Positions 36,735-46,105 of a stretch of DNA of 64,000 nucleotides are shown piece after piece (the stretch's first letter is position 1; each line of letters opens with the position of its first letter). Position numbers and translations under genes: made by a program. A model generated the notes under the pieces. The model was not told the DNA's origin, searched no databases, and saw only the letters and a program-made list of their open reading frames with translations. Origin of the DNA: Candidatus Limnocylindrus sp. (lineage in GTDB: Bacteria; Chloroflexota; Limnocylindria; Limnocylindrales; Limnocylindraceae). The DNA lies in NCBI GenBank assembly GCA_040397175.1, contig JBBAWM010000002.1, positions 128,001 through 192,000 on the forward strand, in the 5' to 3' direction.

Positions 36735-37789
36735 CGGGAGGGCTCCCAGCGTATGGTCTCGCCAGATTCCTTGCGCTTCGCTAGCGCACTAATCACCTCG
36801 AGGGCGGCCCGATTTGCAATCATCGCCGTCGACTCAGCCCAGTCGTACGGCGGTGAGACCTCAACAATGTCCATCCCCGCGATCGGCACCTGTGCAGCGA
36901 TCTGCCGGAGCCCACGGAGCAGCTCGCGCGAGAGCATCCCGCCTGGCTCGGGTGTACCCGTCCCCGGCGCAAGTCCTGGGTCGACCACATCAATATCGAG
37001 GCTGATCCAGATTGCGTCTGGGCCGTCGAGGGCCTCGGCGATCGCCGTCGCGATGACCGCCTCGGAGCCGCGCTCCTCGATCTCGGTCATGAAGTGACTG
37101 CGCATGCCGTGGTCACGCATCCAACCGAGCGTCTCCTTGTCGGGGAAGTAGCCGCGCAGGCCAACCTGCACAAAGTTCTTACCGAGCACTGCGCCAGACT
37201 CAATGAGGCGACGCATCGGAGAACCGTGACTGTGGAGCGAGCCATAGCCATCAATCGAGGCGTCGGCGTGTGCATCGAAGTGCACGATGCCGATGCGCTG
37301 CGGCCACCGCATCTCCGCAATCGCCGTAGCATTCGGCCAGGTGATGGAGTGATCACCGCCGAGCACGATTGGAATGGCACCGGTCTCAGCCACCTCACGA
37401 ACCTTGCGATAGATTGCGCCATGTCCATATTCAAGACGTCCTGGATAGACCAGTGCGTCACCAGCATCAACGGCGGTCAGTGCGGTGAAGGGCTCCACGC
37501 CAACCTGCAGGGAGTGGAGCGTGCCAGTTTGGTATTGCGCCTCTCGAATCGCGCGCGGACCGAACCGTGTTCCAGGACGGTGGGTCACCGCATCGTCAAA
37601 TGGGGCGCCAATGATGGCGATGTCCGCCTTGCGACGGCGGATCTCGGCGACATCCTCGACCCACGGGAGTTGCGCGAAGCTGACCGGACCAACATACGAA
37701 GGGCGGTCGAGGGGATCGCGCTGCTCTGGGGTGCCGCTCCAGCCGAACGCGGCGAGGGAGGCGGCGAAGGGTGGGGTGTTCGGGCTCAT
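36731..37789 (-). CDS. speB: Agmatinase/ureohydrolase
   Basis: RPGTRFGP, GGDHS, HFDAHAD, SLDIDVVD, APGTGTPEPGG, DIVEVSP. Start at ATG 37789 after GGTGAT. Exact substrate uncertain. Confidence 0.82.
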   Translation of the reverse strand: MSPNTPPFAASLAAFGWSGTPEQRDPLDRPSYVGPVSFAQLPWVEDVAEIRRRKADIAIIGAPFDDAVTHRPGTRFGPRAIREAQYQTGTLHSLQVGVEPFTALTAVDAGDALVYPGRLEYGHGAIYRKVREVAETGAIPIVLGGDHSITWPNATAIAEMRWPQRIGIVHFDAHADASIDGYGSLHSHGSPMRRLIESGAVLGKNFVQVGLRGYFPDKETLGWMRDHGMRSHFMTEIEERGSEAVIATAIAEALDGPDAIWISLDIDVVDPGLAPGTGTPEPGGMLSRELLRGLRQIAAQVPIAGMDIVEVSPPYDWAESTAMIANRAALEVISALAKRKESGETIRWEPSR

Positions 37790-37884
37790 ATTGATCACCA
37801 TTGATTCAGATGCGCCGCCGGTGCGAGCCGACGTCCAGCAGGGCGCGCGGTAATCCTACACCCCTCCAGGGGCAGATTTGAAGC

Positions 37885-38397
37885 CTAGACCGAGTCGATC
37901 TCACCCCGTGAGATCGCCGCCTCGGCCACGGCCACGAGGGCTATGGCGATGAACAGGCCCGTTGGGCTACCCAGTCCAATAATGCGCAGGGCGAGATAGC
38001 CGCCGATCAGGCCCCCCGCAAATAGCCCACGACGCAGGCTCCGACGACGGCGAACCCGCCACACACCTGGATGCCCGTGAAATGAACGCAGCTGCAAGAG
38101 TGCGACAAGCCCGAGCGTCACGGTGAGGGCGAGCGAACCGGCGACGCCAAGAGCACGCGTGGGTTCCGCAACAGGATCGATCGTCAGCGCGCCGAGGGTG
38201 GTGAGCATCGCCATAATCAGCGCACCAGCAGCGAGTACTCGGATGAGGCGCTGTTCCGCAGCGGGGATTCGTGGGGGTGCAGGAGGTACGACGGTCGTAC
38301 GCAACACCTTCCCAGCAACTGGCGAGGCGGGCTGGTCATTCAGCGGCAGCTCAAGTTGCTCCGTGGGGCTGCGGCGCTCTCCGTCACGGAGCGTCAT
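37885..38397 (-). CDS. Hypothetical membrane protein (about 4 TM)
   Basis: Coupled to the helicase by ATGA; hydrophobic segments flank RRSLRRGL. Confidence 0.7.
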   Translation of the reverse strand: MTLRDGERRSPTEQLELPLNDQPASPVAGKVLRTTVVPPAPPRIPAAEQRLIRVLAAGALIMAMLTTLGALTIDPVAEPTRALGVAGSLALTVTLGLVALLQLRSFHGHPGVWRVRRRRSLRRGLFAGGLIGGYLALRIIGLGSPTGLFIAIALVAVAEAAISRGEIDSV

Positions 38398-41300
38398 GCG
38401 GGCCTCCCGGCCGGGGCCTTCGAAGCTGGGCAGAGCTCACGATAGGAACAGTAGGTGCAGGTCATGAGCTCCGGCTTCGGCTCCATCACACCAGTAAGGA
38501 TCCCCTCCGCGGCAAGCACGATCTGTTCTCGCGCCTTCATGATGCGTTTCGGTTCTACCGGAACGGTGGCAACGCGGCCAGTATCCAGGAATCGCAAGCT
38601 CACCTCGTCGGGGAGGCGACCCGTCGCAGCGCGCCACGCGAGCGCGTAGAGCTGCAGCTGTAGTGACTCCTTTGCCCGCTTACGACTCGCCTCCTCATCA
38701 TCACGACCACCTGTCTTGTAGTCACTGACCACGACCCACTCATCGTCACCGAGTGGAAGGGTTGGCCGCAGCACGTCACCTGGAACATCGATGGTGGGGA
38801 TCGGTGCGCTGCGGCCTTCGGGCGGAAGGGCCTGCACATCCACGCGATCCCAACGTCCGCGAATCTTGTGCCCGCCAAGTTCGAATGAGAAGTCCTGCTC
38901 TACGTAGGCCGGCACGTGACCCGTGGCGATCTCCTCACTGCGGAATCGCGCAATCGCCTCCTGGGCCGCTGTATGCCGAGCCTCTTCATGGCTGCGCGAA
39001 AGGAATCCGGCGCTTTGCCAACTGCGCTCCAGGGCGGCACAGAGCTGGTCGAGTTGCGGCGGTGCGCCGGCCATCTGGCCACGGTGGAATTCGGCCACAG
39101 CGGCGTGCATCGCAGCGCCGTAGGTTGCAGAGTGATGCGGCGGCAGTGGAATGCGAAGTCGCTGCTGATAGTGATACCGCAGCGGACAGGCAATGAAGGC
39201 CTCGATCGCCGTAAAGCTCAGGGTGAGCGGTGCACTCTCAGCCAGCACAGGTTCACGGTGCGGGAGTACTGGGAGTGGTGGGGCGACAATTGCGAGGCCC
39301 TCGATGGTGGAGGTCGGCTCACCCGTCAGCGGGAACTTCTCGAGCTGCTCTCGACTGAGGTCGAGTGCCTCCGCAATGAAGCGGCTGACCTTTCTCGGTC
39401 GCACGCCACCGCTGCTCCGCTCCGCAGCGGTGAGCGCTAGGCGCTCGCACGCCCTGGTCAGTGCGACGTAGGCGAGGCGTCGCTCCTCACGCAACGCCTC
39501 CTCTTCCTCCTCGGTTGCGCCTTCTGGGGTACGCGGATCGCGCGGCACCACATCATCAGCGCCCCCAAGTTCTGCCGCGAGCGCGAGGCGCGGCGGTCGA
39601 CCTTTGGCTGGGAAGCGCCCCTCTACGAGGTTCGCAACAAAGATCACGGGGAACTCCAGCCCTTTCGCCTGGTGAATGGTGAGAAGTGCGACTGCGTCAA
39701 GGTCTGGATCAACATCGGCAGCCGACGGATCATCCCCCGCCTCGCCGAGCTCCTCGAGGTAGCGCACAAGGAATGGGGCGCGATCGAGCTCCAGCAGTCG
39801 GCTGCGCGAGCGCACCACATCGAAGAGGCGTCCGATGTTGCGGATTCGCTCGTCGGACTCTGGCGTGGCTTCACGGGTGAGCTCGGCGAGCAGGCCTGAT
39901 TCACGCAGCCAGCGATAGAGCACCTCGCCGCTCGTTCGCTCCACGCTCTCTTGCACCACTCCTGCGAGACGTTCCAGGAGTCGATCTGTGGCCTCGTTCC
40001 CCGCCCCAACCGTGGCAAGGCTCTCGCGCAGCGAGATGTGGTCGCGGCGCGACTTGCCAACGGCGGCGGCCAGGATCGTGGGCGGCACCTTAAAGCGCGA
40101 CTCGGCGGCGATGAGGAAGAGTGGCGCCGCGGCATCTGGGTCAGCCGCATGGCGCAGGCCCGCCAAGAGGAGGCGCACCTCGGGGCGATCGTAGAGACCG
40201 GCAGCGCCACTTGAGCGCCACGGGATGCCGAGCATGTTGAGGCTTCGGCCCACCTCCACGCTGTCAACGTTTGCGCGCACGAGCACCGCGTGATCGCGGG
40301 CGCGCCGTCCCCCCGCGATGGATTCGCGGATCTCGGCGGCGATCCAATCGGCCTCGTTTGCCGTGGTGCGGAATCGGCGGAAGGTCACCGGCAGCGAATC
40401 CCCGGGCATCCCCTCCGGCGTAAGCTCCTTGGAGATCCCGAGGCGAACCTCGAGTCGCTCGGGGTCGTTGAACCGAATGAGCCGCCGCGCCGCGGCCAGT
40501 ACTGAGCCCGTACTTCGATAGTTCTTCGTCAAGACGACCTTGCTCGCATCAGGGTAGCGCTCGGTGAAGTTGAGGATGTTGCTGATCGCTGCCCCACGGA
40601 ATCGATAGATTGATTGGTCGTCGTCGCCGACAACGGTGAGATTGCGTCGCCCATCCGCAAGCAGATCGACGAGTGCACCCTGTAGTCGGTTCGTATCTTG
40701 GTACTCGTCGACCAGAATCCAGCGATGCTGCTCCCGCGCGCGTGCAGCGACAAGGGGGTCGTCGAGCAGCAGCTCATAGGCGCGCAACACTTGATCCCCG
40801 AAATCAATGAGGCCACGCTCATTCAAGATCGTGCGATAGGTGCGCAGTGCCGCGCTCAGCTCCCCATGCTCGGTGGCGAGGAGATCTACGGCGTCGGCAT
40901 ACGAGACAAGGTTCCGCCGGAGCTCCAGATCGGCGATCGCCGGTGCGGCGCTCCGTGCCTCGCTCGCGCGTGCCTGGAGTTCGGTTGCGAACCCCTGGAT
41001 CTCATCGGGACCAAGTGCCTCATCCTTGGCGCGTGAAAAGTAGGCGGCGATGTCACCGAGAAAGCGTGTCGGATCGCCGAGTGGCAAGAACCGCTTGAGG
41101 CCAAGTGCAAAGAGATGCTCGCGAAGGAGTAGCACGACTTCGGCGCGCCCCAAGACACGCAACTCGCCCGAGAGTCCCAAGCGATGGGCATTGGCGCGGA
41201 GCAGCTCGTCGCCCCACGCGTGGAAGGTCTTGATAGGGGTCGTGGCGTAGCCGTAGGGAACGAGGCGATCGACGCGCCCCTGCATCTCCTCCGCCGCACG

Positions 41301-41588
41301 CTCCGTAAATGTGAGCGCCAAGATCTCTTCTGGTTCGGCTCGCTTCTCGGCGATGAGCCAAGCGACACGGCGCGTGATGACTTGCGTCTTCCCTGTGCCT
41401 GCACCGGCCACGACGAGGAGTGGCCCCTCGCCGTGTGTGACGGCGGCGTACTGCTCATCGTTCAGATCATCAACAAGATGGGCGATCGTCGGCGTTGGCG
41501 CAGTGGGACGCTTCGGTGTGATCCCAGACCAGACCGGAAGCTGGGATCCACCCTCCCGCTCAGCCGCACCCTTGGCGCGCGAGGTCAC
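38394..41588 (-). CDS. UvrD/PcrA helicase fused to a RecB-type PD-(D/E)xK nuclease with Fe-S cysteines
   Basis: AGAGTGKT, LVDEYQD, VGDDDQSIYRFRGA, NYRS, TIHQAKGLEF, YVALTRA; then ACPL, RWDRVD, DYKTG, QLQLY, CTYC..C. Confidence 0.92.
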   Translation of the reverse strand: MTSRAKGAAEREGGSQLPVWSGITPKRPTAPTPTIAHLVDDLNDEQYAAVTHGEGPLLVVAGAGTGKTQVITRRVAWLIAEKRAEPEEILALTFTERAAEEMQGRVDRLVPYGYATTPIKTFHAWGDELLRANAHRLGLSGELRVLGRAEVVLLLREHLFALGLKRFLPLGDPTRFLGDIAAYFSRAKDEALGPDEIQGFATELQARASEARSAAPAIADLELRRNLVSYADAVDLLATEHGELSAALRTYRTILNERGLIDFGDQVLRAYELLLDDPLVAARAREQHRWILVDEYQDTNRLQGALVDLLADGRRNLTVVGDDDQSIYRFRGAAISNILNFTERYPDASKVVLTKNYRSTGSVLAAARRLIRFNDPERLEVRLGISKELTPEGMPGDSLPVTFRRFRTTANEADWIAAEIRESIAGGRRARDHAVLVRANVDSVEVGRSLNMLGIPWRSSGAAGLYDRPEVRLLLAGLRHAADPDAAAPLFLIAAESRFKVPPTILAAAVGKSRRDHISLRESLATVGAGNEATDRLLERLAGVVQESVERTSGEVLYRWLRESGLLAELTREATPESDERIRNIGRLFDVVRSRSRLLELDRAPFLVRYLEELGEAGDDPSAADVDPDLDAVALLTIHQAKGLEFPVIFVANLVEGRFPAKGRPPRLALAAELGGADDVVPRDPRTPEGATEEEEEALREERRLAYVALTRACERLALTAAERSSGGVRPRKVSRFIAEALDLSREQLEKFPLTGEPTSTIEGLAIVAPPLPVLPHREPVLAESAPLTLSFTAIEAFIACPLRYHYQQRLRIPLPPHHSATYGAAMHAAVAEFHRGQMAGAPPQLDQLCAALERSWQSAGFLSRSHEEARHTAAQEAIARFRSEEIATGHVPAYVEQDFSFELGGHKIRGRWDRVDVQALPPEGRSAPIPTIDVPGDVLRPTLPLGDDEWVVVSDYKTGGRDDEEASRKRAKESLQLQLYALAWRAATGRLPDEVSLRFLDTGRVATVPVEPKRIMKAREQIVLAAEGILTGVMEPKPELMTCTYCSYRELCPASKAPAGRPA

Positions 41589-42088
41589 CGTTGTGGAGCG
41601 GTAAAGGCAGGCTGCGCCAGGGCGGCGGCGATTGCCGCCGACTCCTCCTCGCCCAGGGTCCCCTCACCCCGGCCCAGAAGGACGCGCTTCACATAAATGC
41701 GCGTGCCGACGCGAGCATGCAGCGCGGTGATGACCACGCCACTCCCGACCGCGTCGAGGAGCGCCAGGGCGGTACTTTGGCCACCGCCAACATCTTCGAA
41801 CGCTTGGAACTGGATGAGACCCATGCGACTGAGTGCACCGGGGGCGGCAGCCTCGAGGGCGGTGAGGCGCGTCCCCGCCGCATGTGACGTGACGCCGTGC
41901 TCGGTGACCCGCTCAAGCACCTGGGCGAATCGCTGCTCAGCGGTCAGCGGTTCGCTCCCAGAGACGAGCGCCGCGTAGTCGGCGCGGAGGCGGCGGAGGT
42001 TACGGATCGAAAGGAGGGCCACAAGGAGTGCGAACAGGGCAAGGAGCGCCCCCGCGATGCCGATGGCAAGGAGAACTTCGCTATCCAC
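41585..42088 (-). CDS. DUF4446-like membrane-anchored protein
   Basis: N-terminal TM, FQAFEDVGGGQS.ALALLD..G.GVVI, TRIYVK, LGEEE. Confidence 0.75.
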   Translation of the reverse strand: MDSEVLLAIGIAGALLALFALLVALLSIRNLRRLRADYAALVSGSEPLTAEQRFAQVLERVTEHGVTSHAAGTRLTALEAAAPGALSRMGLIQFQAFEDVGGGQSTALALLDAVGSGVVITALHARVGTRIYVKRVLLGRGEGTLGEEESAAIAAALAQPAFTAPQR

Positions 42089-42166
42089 GGAGGCATCCTA
42101 TCAGCCCCCACCGCCCACTAGACCTGGGTCAGGTATCCTCAGCGAACGAACCGGTGAGGAGGAGTC

Positions 42167-42502
42167 ATGGCAAAACGAGAGAAGCGCTTCCGCCCCGACC
42201 AGCGCCCAAAGTTGAAGCCGCATGCCGACGCGCCCAAGCGCGGTTTGACCCCGGCCGAGGAGGTCGCGGCCGCCGCCTACGAGGCGACCCTCGCCGCCCC
42301 GAAGAACACCATCGTTTCGGGAACCTCCGCGCCGATCGGTAGTCGAGCGGCATCGGCGCAGCGGCTCACCGCTGAGATCGCCGAAGAGATGCCCATCGTG
42401 CGCCGCGACCTCCGTCGCATTCTGCTTACGTATGGCGCGATGCTCGCGCTGCTCGCCGCCATCTGGTTCGTCGCAACCAGAACCGGTTTCGTCGCCGCCT
42501 AG
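42167..42502 (+). CDS. Small hypothetical membrane protein
   Basis: SD GAGGAGG; -10 TATCCT at 42134; basic N-terminus, VRRDLRRI and a C-terminal TM helix. Confidence 0.75.
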   Translation: MAKREKRFRPDQRPKLKPHADAPKRGLTPAEEVAAAAYEATLAAPKNTIVSGTSAPIGSRAASAQRLTAEIAEEMPIVRRDLRRILLTYGAMLALLAAIWFVATRTGFVAA

Positions 42503-42545
42503 ACCGCGCACGCACCCCCCCCCACCGCGCGTGGGATGAGCCCGC

Positions 42546-42923
42546 CTACAGTGCGCGTCCGATCGCGGCCCCAAGGAGCGCGCACATCGCCCCGAGCGCC
42601 ACAGAGCCCACCGCGTAGGCTGCCGCACTCATCGTGTCTCCTGCCGTCACGAGACGAGAGAGCTGCAGGGAGAGCGCTGAGAAGGTCGTGAACCCGCCGA
42701 GCAGTCCAGTGATGAGGAGTGGCCGAAGCTCCGAGGGCACCATCGAGCGTTCGACGATGAGGGTCACCAGCAGCCCAGCGAGCAGGGAGCCGACGAGGTT
42801 GATTGTGAGGGTGCCGTGCTCCGCGAGCCAACCTGCTCGAGCAACAGCCTGGTCCATAAGTGCACGCGCGACGGCGCCAAACGCGCCGCCGAGGGCAACG
42901 AGCAGCAGCTCCACGCCGCTCAT
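42546..42923 (-). CDS. crcB: Fluoride channel Fluc/CrcB
   Basis: GGAFGAVAR, GTLTINLVGS, TGLLGGFTTFS. Confidence 0.93.
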   Translation of the reverse strand: MSGVELLLVALGGAFGAVARALMDQAVARAGWLAEHGTLTINLVGSLLAGLLVTLIVERSMVPSELRPLLITGLLGGFTTFSALSLQLSRLVTAGDTMSAAAYAVGSVALGAMCALLGAAIGRAL

Positions 42924-43669
42924 GGCGCCAAAACCTCGTCCATAAAGCTGCGACTCTTCGGCTCCGCGCCAAAGAGGAGATGCACCGCACCACGCAGCGC
43001 CCAGCTCACCTCACGTTGGGGGGCGGCCGGCAGCGTAAGTGCGACGAGCTCCTCTGGCGCAAAACGGCGCAATGCGCGCATGAGTCGCAATGCATCGCTG
43101 GAGAACGCCGCCCCAAGCGCATGGGCTGTACAGCGGATGCCCGCCCCTTCGTCATCCCAGCGAAGTGCCTCACCAGCGATGGGGGCGCGTCCACACGTCA
43201 GGCAGAGATCGAGTTCGGGGCCCTGCCCCGCGGCGTCTAGGAGCGCAAGTTCAGCCCAGCGCGCCACGAGTGCATCGGGTGCGCCAGCCTCCAAGAGATC
43301 CCAGGCGTGAAGGAGTAGCTCATAGAGTTCTGGTTCGGGCTGCTCATCGCTCGTTCCACGTTCCACCAGCTCTGCAACGTACCAAGCGACCGCCGCGCTG
43401 CCGAGTCGACTGCGCAAGCCGAGCCAAACTCGCACGCTCCGAACCTGCGTCACGGTATCGAACGTCCTCCCCGTGATCAGGGCAAGGTCAAGTTCAGCGA
43501 ACGGTTCTACCCCCCCACCGAGCCGGCTGGTCGGCTTACGGACCCCCTTGGCGATCGCCTTGAACTTGCCGCGTGTGGCCGAAAGGAGGGTGAGCACACG
43601 ATCGGCTTCACCGAAGCGGAATCGAGAGGTGACGACGGCCAGCGACGTAGTGCTTTGACGTGCAGGCAT
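42920..43669 (-). CDS. recO: DNA repair protein RecO
   Basis: GEADRVLTL, AKGVRKPTSRL, C-x2-C zinc motif. Start at ATG 43669 after TG-C-TACCCT. Confidence 0.92.
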   Translation of the reverse strand: MPARQSTTSLAVVTSRFRFGEADRVLTLLSATRGKFKAIAKGVRKPTSRLGGGVEPFAELDLALITGRTFDTVTQVRSVRVWLGLRSRLGSAAVAWYVAELVERGTSDEQPEPELYELLLHAWDLLEAGAPDALVARWAELALLDAAGQGPELDLCLTCGRAPIAGEALRWDDEGAGIRCTAHALGAAFSSDALRLMRALRRFAPEELVALTLPAAPQREVSWALRGAVHLLFGAEPKSRSFMDEVLAP

Positions 43670-43740
43670 GTTGAGCAGGGTAGCATTGCCCCACAGCCGC
43701 GCCGCGTTCAATCGCGTCGGGTAAGGGGTAGGGGGGACGC

Positions 43741-44790
43741 GTGAGCGAACAGCAGCAACAGGGGGCCGGTGACCTGCTCAGCCTGAACCTCGACGAATTA
43801 GTGGCGGCAACTGATCGCACCATCCTTGGGCTGCTTACCGAATGGGAGGAGCCGATTACGGCCCCCATGTACGAGCAGATTCGCTATCACCTTGGCTACA
43901 CCGATCCCGCCGCCCGACCTGGGAAGCGCATGCGCCCACTCCTCGGACTCCTCGCCTACGCCTCAATCTCGCCCGACTGGGATCGCGCACTCCCTGGTGC
44001 CGCGGCGGTAGAGCTTGGGCATAACTTCTCACTCGTCCACGATGACATCGAAGATGGTGATGCCGAGCGGCGCGGTCGGCCGACCCTCTGGGTGCGAGAT
44101 GGTGTGCCGCACGCAATCAACACGGGTGATGCCCTCTTCACCATCAGCCGTGTTGCGCTCCATCACCTCACCACCCTCGGTTTCTCTGACACGAAGGTCC
44201 TTCGCCTCATGAAGCTCTACGACGAAACGTGCCTGCGCCTCTGCGAAGGGCAATTCATCGATATTGCCGCGAGCGCACGCACGGAGATGCAGAGCGTTGA
44301 ACACTATTTCGAGATGATCGGCCGTAAGACTGCAGCCCTAATCTCTGGATCGGTAGAATCTGGCGCGATCCTTGCGAGCGACGACGAGGAGGTCATCAGG
44401 CACTTCCGAAACTTTGGCTGGGCCCTTGGGCTCGCCTTTCAGATCAACGATGACCTGCTTGGCATCTGGGGCGACGAGGCCGCTACGGGAAAAGAGGCGT
44501 CAGATCTCGCCCGCCATAAGAAGACGCTGCCGGTACTCCACGCCATGGAACAGGCCAGCCCCGCCGATCGCACCACTCTCACGAAGCTCTATGCCGAGCC
44601 AAACCCTGGTGCGGATGCAGTCGCTGCAGGATTAAAGGTTCTTGAGCGCACCGGATCACGCGAATACACCCGCATGCAGGCGCAGGAGTGGCGCGCCAAG
44701 GCCATTAGTGAGATCCGTAGTCTCTCGCAGCTCAACCCACGCGCCGTCGCCAAGCTTGAGGAGATTATTGACCGGGTGATCTCCGCCTAA
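43741..44790 (+). CDS. idsA: Short-chain polyprenyl diphosphate (GGPP-type) synthase
   Basis: GKRMRP, HNFSLVHDDIED, RRGRPT, GQFID, KTA, FQINDD, KKT. Confidence 0.88.
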   Translation: MSEQQQQGAGDLLSLNLDELVAATDRTILGLLTEWEEPITAPMYEQIRYHLGYTDPAARPGKRMRPLLGLLAYASISPDWDRALPGAAAVELGHNFSLVHDDIEDGDAERRGRPTLWVRDGVPHAINTGDALFTISRVALHHLTTLGFSDTKVLRLMKLYDETCLRLCEGQFIDIAASARTEMQSVEHYFEMIGRKTAALISGSVESGAILASDDEEVIRHFRNFGWALGLAFQINDDLLGIWGDEAATGKEASDLARHKKTLPVLHAMEQASPADRTTLTKLYAEPNPGADAVAAGLKVLERTGSREYTRMQAQEWRAKAISEIRSLSQLNPRAVAKLEEIIDRVISA

Positions 44791-46103
44791 TCGGCATCCG
44801 GCTTCGCAGCAGATGAATCCCAGGTTACACGGACCTTCCCGACACGACGTCCGATCACCTTGATGACCGAGATCGCAAAGGGCGCAACCGCGACCCTGTC
44901 GCCCACGACGGGGACGCGACCGATGCGGTGATACACGAATCCTCCCACCGTGTCGTACTCCTCATCATCTTCAAGCTCGAGCGGTGGATCCACGAGCTCA
45001 CCCAGCTGATCGATGTCTGCCCGGCCGTCCAAGATCGCCTCCCCATCGCGAACAAGCACCTTCATCGGCTCCTCTTCGTCAAACTCGTCTTGGATCTCAC
45101 CGACGATCTCCTCCAGGAGGTCCTCAATCGTTACGAGGCCCGCCGTTCCACCGTACTCGTCGAGAACGATGGCCATATGTACGCGACGACGCTGCAGCTC
45201 ATGGAGCAGGTCGTCGACCGACTGTGACTCGGGCACAAAGAGCGCGGGGCGCATGATGTCCCGCAGGCGTGGTCGGGGGCCTCCCGCCGCAATAATGCGC
45301 AGGAGGTCCTTTGCGTACAGGATGCCGACGATGTGGTCGACCGACTCCTTGTACAGGGGTGTACGACTGTGACCCTCGGTGAGCACCAGCGTGACCGCGT
45401 CGTCAAAACTTGCATCTTGGTCGATGGCCACGATATCGATGCGCGGCACCATCACTTCGTGCAGCTTGGAGTCGCTCAGCGACATCACGGCACTGATCAT
45501 CTGCTCCTCTTCGGCCTCCAGCACACCTTGCTGGCTCCCCTGCTCCACGATCAGGCGAATCTCCGCGGCGGAGAGCTCTGGGGTGCGCGTTGGGTCAATC
45601 CCGAAGGGCTTTGAAATGAGCTTGGTGAGCGCCACGAGCACCCCCACCAACGGGCTCACGATCTTGGCAAAGAGCGTGATTGGCCCAGAGACCGCGAGTG
45701 CGATGCGATCAGGGTTGGCAAGGGCAAACCCCTTCGGGATCAACTCGCCAAGCACGATGGAGACCACAGAGACGACAGAGGTGACCAACAGGAGGGCAAT
45801 CGTGTCGGCCTGGTCGGCAAGGAGGGCGATCCCTCGGAGGGGTTCGGCAACGAAGGTCACGATGCTCACGGCAGCGACCGCTGAGGCGAGTGCGCCGAGA
45901 AAGGTGATCGCGACCTGGATGACGGCGAGAAATCGCCCTGGATCTCGCATCAGCCGCTGGGCGCGCTTCGCGCGGCGATCGCCCGCCTCGGCCAGCTCGT
46001 CTAGGCGCGTGCGCCGCACGGAGACAAAGGCGATCTCGGCAGCAACGAAGAACCCGTTCACGAGGATGAGCAGCAGGATGACCAGGATGTCAGTGCCAAG
46101 CAT
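44787..46103 (-). CDS. CNNM/CBS/CorC (TlyC-like) metal transporter
   Basis: [47 protein letters not shown]. Confidence 0.92.
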   Translation of the reverse strand: MLGTDILVILLLILVNGFFVAAEIAFVSVRRTRLDELAEAGDRRAKRAQRLMRDPGRFLAVIQVAITFLGALASAVAAVSIVTFVAEPLRGIALLADQADTIALLLVTSVVSVVSIVLGELIPKGFALANPDRIALAVSGPITLFAKIVSPLVGVLVALTKLISKPFGIDPTRTPELSAAEIRLIVEQGSQQGVLEAEEEQMISAVMSLSDSKLHEVMVPRIDIVAIDQDASFDDAVTLVLTEGHSRTPLYKESVDHIVGILYAKDLLRIIAAGGPRPRLRDIMRPALFVPESQSVDDLLHELQRRRVHMAIVLDEYGGTAGLVTIEDLLEEIVGEIQDEFDEEEPMKVLVRDGEAILDGRADIDQLGELVDPPLELEDDEEYDTVGGFVYHRIGRVPVVGDRVAVAPFAISVIKVIGRRVGKVRVTWDSSAAKPDAD

Positions 46104-46105
46104 CG

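Noticed and set aside
43719-43736. G-quadruplex upstream of idsA
   Set aside because: G-runs of 3, 4 and 6 do not give four looped G3 tracts; it is more simply a G-rich ribosome-binding region.
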